Part shown: piece by piece, positions 29,448 through 37,950 of the stretch
How the letters are laid out: the number at the start of each line of letters is the position of its first letter
Position numbering within the stretch: position 1 is the stretch's first letter
From: Clostridia bacterium
GTDB lineage: Bacteria; Bacillota; Clostridia; Monoglobales; Firm-18
Length of the DNA stretch: 64,000 bases
Assembly: GCA_045654805.1 (NCBI GenBank)
Contig: JAZOOD010000063.1
Span: 45,793-109,792 of the forward strand
Reading direction: 5' to 3'
Program-made: the position numbers and the translations under genes
Notes under the pieces: model-generated
What the model saw: only the letters and a program-made list of their open reading frames with translations
Database searches by the model: none
What the model was told of the DNA's origin: nothing

Positions 29448-30317
29448 TTATAGTGAATTCAATGTTTCTGATAAAGCAAGGTATACTTTAACCAAATCAT
29501 TTACATCTAAATTGTCTAATGTATCCTCAGTAGTATGCAAATTTTCACCCTCCTGCCCAATAGATAAAGAGGGTATTCCGACCCTGTTAAACGGAATTTC
29601 ATCACCACTTGAATAAGGAGGATTTAGATTCACCGAAAAATATTTTTCAAAGGTTTTTTCAAACAAAAAATATGCCGGTGTATAATCTTGCTCTGCAAAA
29701 GATATTTCAGGGGTGGAATTTCCACTCAAGGTATCCAGGTTTATAACAGCTGCAATATTGTTTTTTTCTGTTTCGGATAATTTATTTACAAAATGTTCTG
29801 ATCCTAACAAAAAGTTTTCTTCCCCCGAAAACAGAACATATATTAAATTAAATTTATCTGTTTTTTCAAAGTTTTTTGCTAATTCAATCAAAACTGCAAC
29901 ACCGGAAGCATTATCATTTACACCGGGAAATGAAGTTGTATCATAATGAGCCACTATTAGAATATCTTTTTTTGAAGAGTCATTTTTTTGTCTGGCAATT
30001 ATATTGTGTGTCTCTCCATCTTTAATTTTTTTCAAATTTATTGGAAACGGCTTGCCTGACTCTACAGCAATGCCATTTTCAGAAAGAGAGTATTTTATTT
30101 TTTGTAGTTTAACATTATAACCAAATTTCTCCAATTCATTTCGTAAAAATAAAGCTGTTTCCTTTTCTTCTTCAGTCCCCAAGTTTCTTGTTTCAGGCAA
30201 TAATTTTATGGTTGATAATAAAGTTTCTGAAACAGATACATCTTCAGAATTATTGCTACATCCTGCTACAAGTAATATTAAGGCAAATATCACAAATATA
30301 TATTTAATTCTATACAT
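29448..30317 (-). CDS. M28-family metallo-aminopeptidase lipoprotein
   Basis: It has lipobox LLVAGC and M28 motifs HYDT, NDNASGVAVLIELA and SGEENFLLGSEHF. RBS GGGAGAA favours the ATG at 30317. Confidence 0.8.
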   Translation of the reverse strand: MYRIKYIFVIFALILLVAGCSNNSEDVSVSETLLSTIKLLPETRNLGTEEEKETALFLRNELEKFGYNVKLQKIKYSLSENGIAVESGKPFPINLKKIKDGETHNIIARQKNDSSKKDILIVAHYDTTSFPGVNDNASGVAVLIELAKNFEKTDKFNLIYVLFSGEENFLLGSEHFVNKLSETEKNNIAAVINLDTLSGNSTPEISFAEQDYTPAYFLFEKTFEKYFSVNLNPPYSSGDEIPFNRVGIPSLSIGQEGENLHTTEDTLDNLDVNDLVKVYLALSETLNSL

Positions 30318-30352
30318 AGCAATTCTCCCATACATATCCGATAATCATAATA

Positions 30353-30730
30353 TCATTTAAGTTTAAATTGAATGTTTCTTAACTCAACCCACTTAGATTC
30401 CTTGCCTGCAGGAAATCCACATAGTGCAAATCCGTATTTCCTCTCAAGAATTTCAACAACTTCGCTAAATTCCTGAACAGAATGCTTGCTATTTGACGAT
30501 GCTGAGTTGTACAGATAAGAACCACTTGCTACTTTCCCGTAATTAGCAGCTGAAAAAAGTTTTTCATCAAACGACACACTGTCTAATTTTATATATCCCT
30601 CTGTGGGCGGAATACTCATAACCGGCAACTGAACATAATAACTACCTTTCGATTCATAGAAAATATAAACCAAATCATTTCTTTTAACATTGATAATTTT
30701 TTCTTTATAATCTGCATCACCGTAAAGCAC
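30353..30730 (-). CDS. Tandem SH3b-like domain ORF with no signal peptide and no convincing start
   Basis: It lies in the same frame as the upstream ORF, separated by one TAA. The only start is a GTG without an SD. The domain-like sequence (GILTKDAVLYG..) begins before that GTG. Confidence 0.4.
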   Translation of the reverse strand: MLYGDADYKEKIINVKRNDLVYIFYESKGSYYVQLPVMSIPPTEGYIKLDSVSFDEKLFSAANYGKVASGSYLYNSASSNSKHSVQEFSEVVEILERKYGFALCGFPAGKESKWVELRNIQFKLK

Positions 30731-30766
30731 CGCATCTTTGGTAAGAATTCCTGTTTGACCATTATA

Positions 30767-32398
30767 TTATACTTGTTTATCCACAAGTATATTATAATAC
30801 TCAGAAGTTTCACTTGTTCCGTCCTTATAGTTAAATATAAACTGCAAATGTCCCGTTGTTGCATCATCCGGAAATTGAATCCTCATTCCTAAAACCTGTG
30901 CCATAGTACGATATGAAAAAGGTGCTTTGATTTTTCCTATTTCTTTTTTGTGCTCATCCATTCCTGTGCCTGTAGGAGTAAAATATGCTGTCACAGCAGT
31001 TGGATAAGGCTCTTTACCAGCCTCAAACCATGAAAAACTTGCGGTTATTACTTGTGGAACCCTATACCAGTTACCTAATCTTTCAATTATCTTCTCATAA
31101 GGTGTACAGTCATAAAAGAATATTTCCTTTAAAATGTCATTGCTAACTTCCTTAACGGAACGCACAATCCAAATCCCATGCTCACTTTTATCTACAGGTT
31201 TAAAAAGTTCTAAAGTATATCGCTTATCGCCTATCGTGTATGTTCCTGTACATTTTTCCCCATCACCCGCAAAATAAGTCAATTTTCCGTTCTCAACAGA
31301 TTCTCCCAAACCGGAAAGGTACATCTGTATAACTTGCTCATAATCTATTCTCCATGGAAAATGTCCATTATCTGCCTGTCTTTGCAAGTCTCTCATTTGA
31401 ACATAGGATAAATTTTCAGCATTGGTTATAACAGGAATATCAACATCATTTATCAGCGAAAATGTAGTTTCAATATGAGTTATACCTTTTGCCATTCTTT
31501 CATATTCTGCAGCAAGGTCAATATCTTCTTTATCTCTATCAGCCCAAATTGGATACTGAACATCTGTCGGTCTGCCTACAATATAAGCATAATCATGATT
31601 TTGCCATACAATCGTCTGATTTTCTACTGTATTTATAAAAGAATTAATTTCTTTGTCCGCTTTTTTTCTAAGCGAAAACAGCATACCTTCGCCATCGTAT
31701 TTATCAGCAATTGCCTTATGCTTGAATATAATATAACCTTTATCAACCTCTGTCTCGTCAGCAATGTATTTTCCAAGCCAATACATAGGTAGTTCAAACT
31801 GTACATTCATCTTTTTATTTTTATATAATGTACTTCCGAAAATATCATAATTATTTGCATCTATGAAAATGTATTCTATAAACTCATATGGAATATAGAG
31901 TGTGCTGTTTTTAGCTTCAGGTGCAAACTTTGTTTTTCTTGATGCACTTGCACCAATCAACGATTCATAATAAACTTCATTTTTTCCAAGAGTAATTCTA
32001 TAGTTATCACCAGCACCAGGAATTTTAATAATTGCTTCATTTAAGTTTATTTCACATTCTGCCCCAAGTTTCTTGCATAGTTCGTCTAACGGGAAGAATG
32101 CCATTTCATAACTTGTATATCCCGTTGATCTTGATTCAGATAAAACATAAGGGTCATTGTTGAATTCGAGATATTCTCCATTTAACGTAAGCTTTATGTC
32201 ACTATTAACTGATGTGTCATCTCCTCTGTTAACTGCAACCCAAATAGATACGCAGATTATCGACACTATTATAACAGCAAAAACAGCCATTGAGATAAAA
32301 CTTGAGGTTTTGCCGGTTTCAGAGCGAATCTTTGAAAATCTGGTTTGCAATTTCTTTTTATCTGCACTCATTTTGGTTGTATACATCTTTCCCAACAT
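30767..32398 (-). CDS. Membrane-anchored ectodomain protein, paralog A (Cu-amine-oxidase-N-like stalk plus shared unknown C-terminal module)
   Basis: RBS AAGGAGG. It begins MLGKMYTTKMSADKKKLQTRFSKIRS, then a TM. A stalk-like segment IKLTLNGEYLEFNNDPYV...LYIPYEF follows. The C-terminal module is shared with paralog B. Confidence 0.5.
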   Translation of the reverse strand: MLGKMYTTKMSADKKKLQTRFSKIRSETGKTSSFISMAVFAVIIVSIICVSIWVAVNRGDDTSVNSDIKLTLNGEYLEFNNDPYVLSESRSTGYTSYEMAFFPLDELCKKLGAECEINLNEAIIKIPGAGDNYRITLGKNEVYYESLIGASASRKTKFAPEAKNSTLYIPYEFIEYIFIDANNYDIFGSTLYKNKKMNVQFELPMYWLGKYIADETEVDKGYIIFKHKAIADKYDGEGMLFSLRKKADKEINSFINTVENQTIVWQNHDYAYIVGRPTDVQYPIWADRDKEDIDLAAEYERMAKGITHIETTFSLINDVDIPVITNAENLSYVQMRDLQRQADNGHFPWRIDYEQVIQMYLSGLGESVENGKLTYFAGDGEKCTGTYTIGDKRYTLELFKPVDKSEHGIWIVRSVKEVSNDILKEIFFYDCTPYEKIIERLGNWYRVPQVITASFSWFEAGKEPYPTAVTAYFTPTGTGMDEHKKEIGKIKAPFSYRTMAQVLGMRIQFPDDATTGHLQFIFNYKDGTSETSEYYNILVDKQV

Positions 32399-32412
32399 AT
32401 AAATTCGCCTCC

Positions 32413-33243
32413 TTACTTTTCTACTAATTCAAGAATGGTTTTCATATATATTTTTTGTTCTCCATCATTCATATTCTTTGTAACTTCCATATCGCATGAA
32501 ACTTCACATGCCTCACTTAGGTTTGAACTGATTATATACGAAAGAGGATTAAACCAGTGTACGGCGTTAACAAATAATGCAAACCACTTTATAATTAAAT
32601 CTTTTCTTTTATAGTGGGTCAGTTCATGAAGAAAAACTAATCTCATCATATCCTGTGATAATTCTTTACAAGGTAAATATACTACGGGAAAAAACACTCC
32701 AACAAGCATAGGCGAGCCAAAATTTGGAGACATTCTTATTCTTATGTTTCTTCGTATTCCCAATTCTTTTTTCGTCTCAAGCAACACAGAATTATCTTCT
32801 ATTAAAATTGAGTTTTTTCTTTTCCTCAGTATATAAATCACATAACTCGCTATAACTGTTAGAAGAAAAATTTCGGCCCCGCATATCCAGATAATTGAAA
32901 TCAATTCAAACACATTTATCTTGATACTTGGTGTAACGCTAATTTCTCTTTCGGTAATTGGTGGATTTTGTGAAATATCGGTAACTGTTTCTGTATATTC
33001 AACAACTTCTGTTTCTGCTTTTTGAGTTTCTGTATATGTTATATATTGAATTTTTTGAACTTCGCGTTCGGGAATAAATTTATATGTAGGAACAATCATT
33101 GTTAAAAGTACCGCTATCCATACATAATACTGCCATTTGGCAGGAAATTTTTTTGTGGTAATGGGTTTTAAACATAACAACACAGCGGTTATACAAAATC
33201 CTAACAAACTGAGAATCAGCACAGTTTCAAATAATTCGCTCAT
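32413..33243 (-). CDS. BlaR1/MecR1-like M56 zinc metalloprotease, short form lacking an extracellular sensor domain
   Basis: It has TM helices and the HEXXH motif FLHELTHYKRKD. The ORF ends about 80 aa after the zinc site. RBS GGAGTGA favours the ATG at 33243. Confidence 0.8.
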   Translation of the reverse strand: MSELFETVLILSLLGFCITAVLLCLKPITTKKFPAKWQYYVWIAVLLTMIVPTYKFIPEREVQKIQYITYTETQKAETEVVEYTETVTDISQNPPITEREISVTPSIKINVFELISIIWICGAEIFLLTVIASYVIYILRKRKNSILIEDNSVLLETKKELGIRRNIRIRMSPNFGSPMLVGVFFPVVYLPCKELSQDMMRLVFLHELTHYKRKDLIIKWFALFVNAVHWFNPLSYIISSNLSEACEVSCDMEVTKNMNDGEQKIYMKTILELVEK

Positions 33244-33247
33244 ATTC

Positions 33248-33619
33248 TCACTCCAATTCAAACATTTTTTTCAGGTCGGATACTTCCTCGTTTGAAAGTT
33301 TTTTGTTTTCATAGAGTGTAGCAACAAGATTTTTTACAGAGCCTTTATAAATTTTTGATAAAAGATTTTCTGTTTCATCAATGGCATATTCACTTTCTTT
33401 TAAAACAGGAAAATAATAATTTATTTTTCCTTTTTTATCACAAGATATAACTCCCTTTTTAAGAAGACGTGCCATAAATGTTGCAACGGTTGACGCAGAC
33501 CAGTCGCTATTATTAAGTTCTTTTATTATGTCTGAAACCGTCAGTTTATCTTTACTTTTCCATAAAATGCACATAATTTCATATTCTGCATCTGTTATTG
33601 TTTGCTTTATAACTGCCAT
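33248..33619 (-). CDS. BlaI/MecI/CopY-family winged-helix repressor
   Basis: It is 123 aa. N-terminus ITDAEYEIMCILW...LTVSDIIKEL...WSASTVATFMARLLKKG is typical of the family. Confidence 0.85.
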   Translation of the reverse strand: MAVIKQTITDAEYEIMCILWKSKDKLTVSDIIKELNNSDWSASTVATFMARLLKKGVISCDKKGKINYYFPVLKESEYAIDETENLLSKIYKGSVKNLVATLYENKKLSNEEVSDLKKMFELE

Positions 33620-33642
33620 AATATCCCTCCAACAATTACATC

Positions 33643-33690
33643 TACACTTGTAGCTATATTTAGTATATCAAGTATATCTACATTTGTCAA
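33643..33690 (-). promoter_or_regulatory. blaI promoter with two TACAnnTGTA-type operator boxes
   Basis: On the minus strand: TTGACA (33690-33685), 17 nt, TATACT (33667-33662). Box TACATTTGTC (33679-33688) overlaps the -35. Box TACACTTGTA (33643-33652) lies just downstream of the -10. Confidence 0.6.
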
Positions 33691-33716
33691 TATAAATTTT
33701 GGGTTGTTAAATATAA

Positions 33717-33976
33717 TTTAATTATGCAATAAAAAAACTCCCTGAGGGAGCATTTTTATTGGTGCGCTTGACAGGAGAGCATATTGCAAGCAATCTGCCT
33801 TGCTTGCCGACCCAAGCCTGTGGCTTCGGTACCCGTCTGCGCAACACTCGGCTACGAAACAATTCACAGAATTGTTTTGTTAAACGCCTCGTGCCTTCTC
33901 AAGGTTCGACTCCTTTTTAATAATGCAATAAAAAAACTCCCTGAGGGAGCATTTTTATTGGTGCGCTTGACAGGAG
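33717..33976. repeat. 61-bp direct repeat (60/61 identical, period 199 bp) duplicating the tRNA-Arg(CCG) 3' end plus its terminator
   Basis: Copy L is 33717-33777 and copy R is 33916-33976. Both end in TGGTGCGCTTGACAGGAG, the reverse complement of the last 18 nt of the tRNA. Only copy R continues into the tRNA body. Confidence 0.85.
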
Positions 33977-34035
33977 TCGAACCTGCGACAACCCGGCGTC
34001 GGAGGCCGGTGCTCTATCCACTGAGCTACAAACGC
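33959..34035 (-). tRNA. tRNA-Arg (anticodon CCG), CCA encoded
   Basis: It folds as a 77-nt cloverleaf: acceptor GCGTTTG/CAAGCGC, anticodon loop CTCCGAC, T-loop TTCGACT. Confidence 0.9.
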
Positions 34036-34071
34036 TTATAATAATAAGGCGGGTTAAACCGCCTTACTAGT

Positions 34072-35310
34072 TTATTTTATTGTAATCTTATGATATGTCT
34101 TTTTACCCTTTTTAATGATTATTTCATCATTTTCAAACATATCCAAAGTGATATTTGCAAATGGGTCAGTAATCTTTTCATTATTTACTGACACACCGCC
34201 TTGTTGTACAAGACGTCTGCCCTCGCCCTTTGATGGGATAAGGCCCGCTGCAAGCATAACGTCAAGTATAGACATACCTGATTCAAAGTCTGTCTTTGCC
34301 ATTTCTGTTGCAGGCATATCAGCAGTGTTTCCGCCGTTGGCAAAAAGTGCTTGTGCAGCCTCTTTTGCTTTGTTTGCCTCATCTTCACCATGCACCATTT
34401 TTGTGAGTTCGTAAGCCAAAGTAGTCTTTGCATTGTTGACATCTGCTGCATTACCGCTTGTTTTGAAGGTTTCCTCCATAGCCTCGATATCCTCAACAGG
34501 AATGAATGTAAGCATTTTAAGGCATCTGTACACGTCAGCATCATCAACGTTTCTCCAATACTGGTAGAAGTCGAAAGGTGAAGTCTTGTCGGGGTCAAGC
34601 CATACTGCACCGCCCTGAGTTTTACCCATTTTAACACCTGCACTTGTAGTAAGCAATGCAAACGTCATACCGTAAACTTCTTCAGCGTCCTTTCTGCGGA
34701 CAAGTTCCATACCTGCAAGGATGTTTGACCACTGGTCATCACCGCCAAGCTCTATTTTGCATCCGTAATCCTTGTGCAATTTATAGAAGTCATAACCCTG
34801 CATAAGCATATAGTTAAATTCAAGGAATGAAAGACCTTTTTCAAGTCTTTTCTTAAAACATTCTGCACGAAGCATGTTGTTTACTGAAAAATGTACGCCT
34901 ATGTCACGCAAAAACTCTACGTAGTTAAGGTCTAAAAGCCAATCGCCGTTGTTAACCATTAATGCTTTGCCTTCGGAAAAATCAATCATACCCTGAAACT
35001 GCTTTTTGAAACAGCTTACATTGTGGTCAATATCTTCCTTTGTAAGCATTTTACGCATATCAGTTCTGCCCGATGGGTCACCAATCATAGCAGTACCGCC
35101 ACCCATAAGGGCAATAGGTCTGTGACCTGCCTTCTGCATATGTGCCATAATAACCATCTGCAAAAAGTGTCCAACGTGCAAACTGTCTGCTGTAGGGTCG
35201 AATCCTATATATAAAGATATTTTGTCATTTTCAAGTAAATCCTTAACCTTTTCAGGATGTGTAACCTGAGCGATAAGACCGCGTCTTTCAAGTTCTGTAT
35301 ATACTCCCAT
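34072..35310 (-). CDS. tyrS: Tyrosyl-tRNA synthetase
   Basis: It has a HIGH-type motif (DSLHVGH), a KMSKS-type motif (KMGKT) and a C-terminal S4-like domain. Confidence 0.93.
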   Translation of the reverse strand: MGVYTELERRGLIAQVTHPEKVKDLLENDKISLYIGFDPTADSLHVGHFLQMVIMAHMQKAGHRPIALMGGGTAMIGDPSGRTDMRKMLTKEDIDHNVSCFKKQFQGMIDFSEGKALMVNNGDWLLDLNYVEFLRDIGVHFSVNNMLRAECFKKRLEKGLSFLEFNYMLMQGYDFYKLHKDYGCKIELGGDDQWSNILAGMELVRRKDAEEVYGMTFALLTTSAGVKMGKTQGGAVWLDPDKTSPFDFYQYWRNVDDADVYRCLKMLTFIPVEDIEAMEETFKTSGNAADVNNAKTTLAYELTKMVHGEDEANKAKEAAQALFANGGNTADMPATEMAKTDFESGMSILDVMLAAGLIPSKGEGRRLVQQGGVSVNNEKITDPFANITLDMFENDEIIIKKGKKTYHKITIK

Positions 35311-35347
35311 TTTTAAAACCTCTGTTTCTTTAAATAATCTACATATA

Positions 35348-35376
35348 AATATACTATTTTTCCCTTAATTTGTCAA
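35348..35376 (-). promoter_or_regulatory. Putative sigma-A promoter of tyrS
   Basis: On the minus strand: TTGACA, 17 nt, TATATT. It lies only about 40 nt upstream of the ATG. Confidence 0.45.
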
Positions 35377-35381
35377 GAAAA

Positions 35382-37751
35382 TCAACGTTTTTTTAGTTCT
35401 ACTATTGTTACACCTGTTTCACCTTCGCCATATATACCCAGGCGATAGCTTTTAACACAGGGATTAACCTTCAACATATCGTGTATGCCTTTGCGCAGTA
35501 CGCCCGTACCCTTACCGTGGATTATTGTAACGGTTACAAGTCCGCCCAAAAATGCCTCGTCAATGTATTTTTCTGCAGCAAATACTGCGTCTTCAAGCAT
35601 CTGTCCACGTAAATCAATTTCCGTTTTGATATTTGCCATTCTGAGTCCGCCGGATTTTTGTTTTGAAATATGCTTGTCTGCTGAAGAATCTTTGATAAGT
35701 CGGAGATTGGCAATATGGGAAGTTATTTTCATTATACCTACCTGCAAATTAACCATACCATCAGCATTGGGAGGTGCAATAACAATACCCTTTTGTCCAA
35801 TGTCCAGAATTTCCACAGTGTTGCCTGGAATAAGTTTTTTGGGAATGTTGTTGTTTATAACAGGTTTTACAAGTTGTGCTTTGTCACGATTTTTAATATT
35901 TTTATTAATGTTGGTTTTTGCCTCGTTAAGTGCCCTGTTCATTTCTTGCTCGGACTTTAATTTACGAGCCTTTTTGATTTCCTCAATAACTGCGTCAGCT
36001 TCTTTTTTTGCTTGTTCAAGTATTTTTTTAGCCTCTTTGTTGGCGTTTTCTGTAAGTTTTTGTCTTGTGCGTTGAATTTTTTCTTTTTCAGCCTCAAGCT
36101 CAGCCTTTAAGTTTTCGGCATCACGTTTGTATTTTTCTACAAGTTGTTTTTCTTTTTCAGCTTCCTGACGGCTTTTTTCAAGGTTGGATATTACATCCTC
36201 GAACTTAATATTTTCCTCACTTAAACGCTCTGCCGCTTTTTCTATAATGTATTCCGGTAAACCAAGTCGTCTTGAAATTGCAAAGGCATTACTTTTTCCT
36301 GGTACTCCTATAAGTAATCTATAGGTGGGTCGGAGGGAATTAACATCAAATTCACACGAGGCATTTTCCACACCCTCTGTTGTAAGTGCATAAAACTTAA
36401 TTTCGCTGTAATGTGTTGTTGCTACGGTAAGTGCACCAAAGTCCTTTACATATTGTAACACGGACGTAGCAAGTGCAGCGCCCTCTGTTGGGTCAGTGCC
36501 TGCACCTAATTCATCAAACAGTACCAAAGAATTAGGTGTTATGTTGTTTAAAATATTAACAATATTTGTCATATGGGAGGAAAATGTACTCAAGCTTTGT
36601 TCGATACTTTGTTCATCACCGATATCTGCAAATATATTATCGAATACACAAATGTCTGTTCCGTCTGCTGCAGGCACTGCAAGTCCGCAGGCGGCCATAA
36701 GGCAAAACAATCCCACAGTCTTAAGTGTTACGGTTTTACCGCCTGTATTGGGGCCTGTTACCACCAATGTTTTAAAGCCCTTTCCTAGCTGTAGCGATAT
36801 TGGGACAACGGTTTTTGCATCAAGCAGAGGATGACGTCCCTTTTCTATAACAACGTAATTTTTATCATTTATCTTTGGAGTTATTGCATTTTGCTTAAGT
36901 GCAAGCTTAGCTTTGGCAATAATAAAGTCTATTTGACAAATTGTGCGTTGGTTAACAAACAGCTCGTGAGATTTTTCCACAGCCATGGCAGTAAGGTTAT
37001 AAAGTATACGTTCTATTTCAGCCTTTTCCTTTGCCATAAGCTCACGAATGTTGTTGTTTTCATTAACAACAGCGTTGGGCTCTACAAATATTGTGGAACC
37101 TGTTGCGGACATATCGTGTACTATACCTCCGATGTCGGACCTGTGCTCCGCCTTGACAGGGACAACATATCTTCCGTCTCGGATGGTAATGATAGATTCC
37201 TGAAGATATTTCTGGTATTTTGTACTGTGTATTAGATTATTTAAATGTTCACGTATTTTAGAGTGTGTATTTACTATTTTCCGTCTTATGTCATAAAGTT
37301 CCGGACTTGCATTGTCAGAAATTTCGTCTTCTGAAATAATGGCGGAATATATTTCATTTTCCAATTTTCTGTCTGCTGTAAGGCAATCAAAAAGGTATGA
37401 AATAACGGAAGGTTCATCGTGGTATGCAATAAGACTTCGTGCAATTTTTAAAACCCTTGCAATCTGCAAAAGCTCCTTTGCACTCATCATACCGCCTTTT
37501 TCCCCGCGTTTTATGGATGCGGTAATATCAGAAAGACCTGATATATCCGGATTACCTTTTTTAAGTAAGAGCTGAATGGCATATGCAAGCTCGTCCTGTA
37601 ACCTTGTAACCTCATCAATATCTGCAGATGGTTCCAGTTTGAATACCATTTCCCGACTTATGTCATTGGTGGCACAGTCAGCCAGCATTTTTTGTATTTT
37701 ATTAAATTCAAGTATATTTTTGTATTTTTGTTCCAAGTTTTCTTCCCTCAT
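35382..37751 (-). CDS. mutS2: Endonuclease MutS2 (MutS domain plus C-terminal Smr)
   Basis: It has Walker A GPNTGGKT, DELGAGTDP, a long coiled coil, and a Smr domain (IDLRG...IIHGKGTGVLR). Confidence 0.92.
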   Translation of the reverse strand: MREENLEQKYKNILEFNKIQKMLADCATNDISREMVFKLEPSADIDEVTRLQDELAYAIQLLLKKGNPDISGLSDITASIKRGEKGGMMSAKELLQIARVLKIARSLIAYHDEPSVISYLFDCLTADRKLENEIYSAIISEDEISDNASPELYDIRRKIVNTHSKIREHLNNLIHSTKYQKYLQESIITIRDGRYVVPVKAEHRSDIGGIVHDMSATGSTIFVEPNAVVNENNNIRELMAKEKAEIERILYNLTAMAVEKSHELFVNQRTICQIDFIIAKAKLALKQNAITPKINDKNYVVIEKGRHPLLDAKTVVPISLQLGKGFKTLVVTGPNTGGKTVTLKTVGLFCLMAACGLAVPAADGTDICVFDNIFADIGDEQSIEQSLSTFSSHMTNIVNILNNITPNSLVLFDELGAGTDPTEGAALATSVLQYVKDFGALTVATTHYSEIKFYALTTEGVENASCEFDVNSLRPTYRLLIGVPGKSNAFAISRRLGLPEYIIEKAAERLSEENIKFEDVISNLEKSRQEAEKEKQLVEKYKRDAENLKAELEAEKEKIQRTRQKLTENANKEAKKILEQAKKEADAVIEEIKKARKLKSEQEMNRALNEAKTNINKNIKNRDKAQLVKPVINNNIPKKLIPGNTVEILDIGQKGIVIAPPNADGMVNLQVGIMKITSHIANLRLIKDSSADKHISKQKSGGLRMANIKTEIDLRGQMLEDAVFAAEKYIDEAFLGGLVTVTIIHGKGTGVLRKGIHDMLKVNPCVKSYRLGIYGEGETGVTIVELKKR

Positions 37752-37863
37752 TTCGAACTTATAACTATATAATACATATTATTTGCGGAAAATTCAAGCA
37801 AAATAATGAAAATGTCTTTTAAGTTTACATAATATCAAAAAAATGGATGTTTTCATGCAAAAT

Positions 37864-37921
37864 TGTGGATAAACAATTCAATAATAGTAGGTTATCCCAA
37901 GATTTATCCAAGTTATCCACA
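37864..37921. promoter_or_regulatory. Cluster of four DnaA boxes
   Basis: TGTGGATAA (37864-37872) is a perfect consensus in reverse orientation. TTATCCCAA (37892-37900) and TTATCCAAG (37904-37912) have 2 mismatches each. TTATCCACA (37913-37921) is perfect. Confidence 0.65.
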
Positions 37922-37950
37922 GGAGAATTATGTATACCTAAATTGAAATT

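Noticed and set aside
33778-33915. The insert between the tRNA-Arg repeat copies as a tRNA pseudogene, tRNA intron or tmRNA-like gene, because it contains GGTTCGACTCC.
   Set aside because: I could not build a cloverleaf on either strand. No acceptor stem pairs with the flanks and no anticodon arm sits at the right distance. At about 138 nt it is too short for a group I/II intron or tmRNA. It is reported only as an unexplained structured insert.
33784-34041. 85-aa plus-strand ORF from the track.
   Set aside because: It runs antisense through tRNA-Arg(CCG) and the repeat/insert region, with no RBS. I regard it as a spurious ORF.
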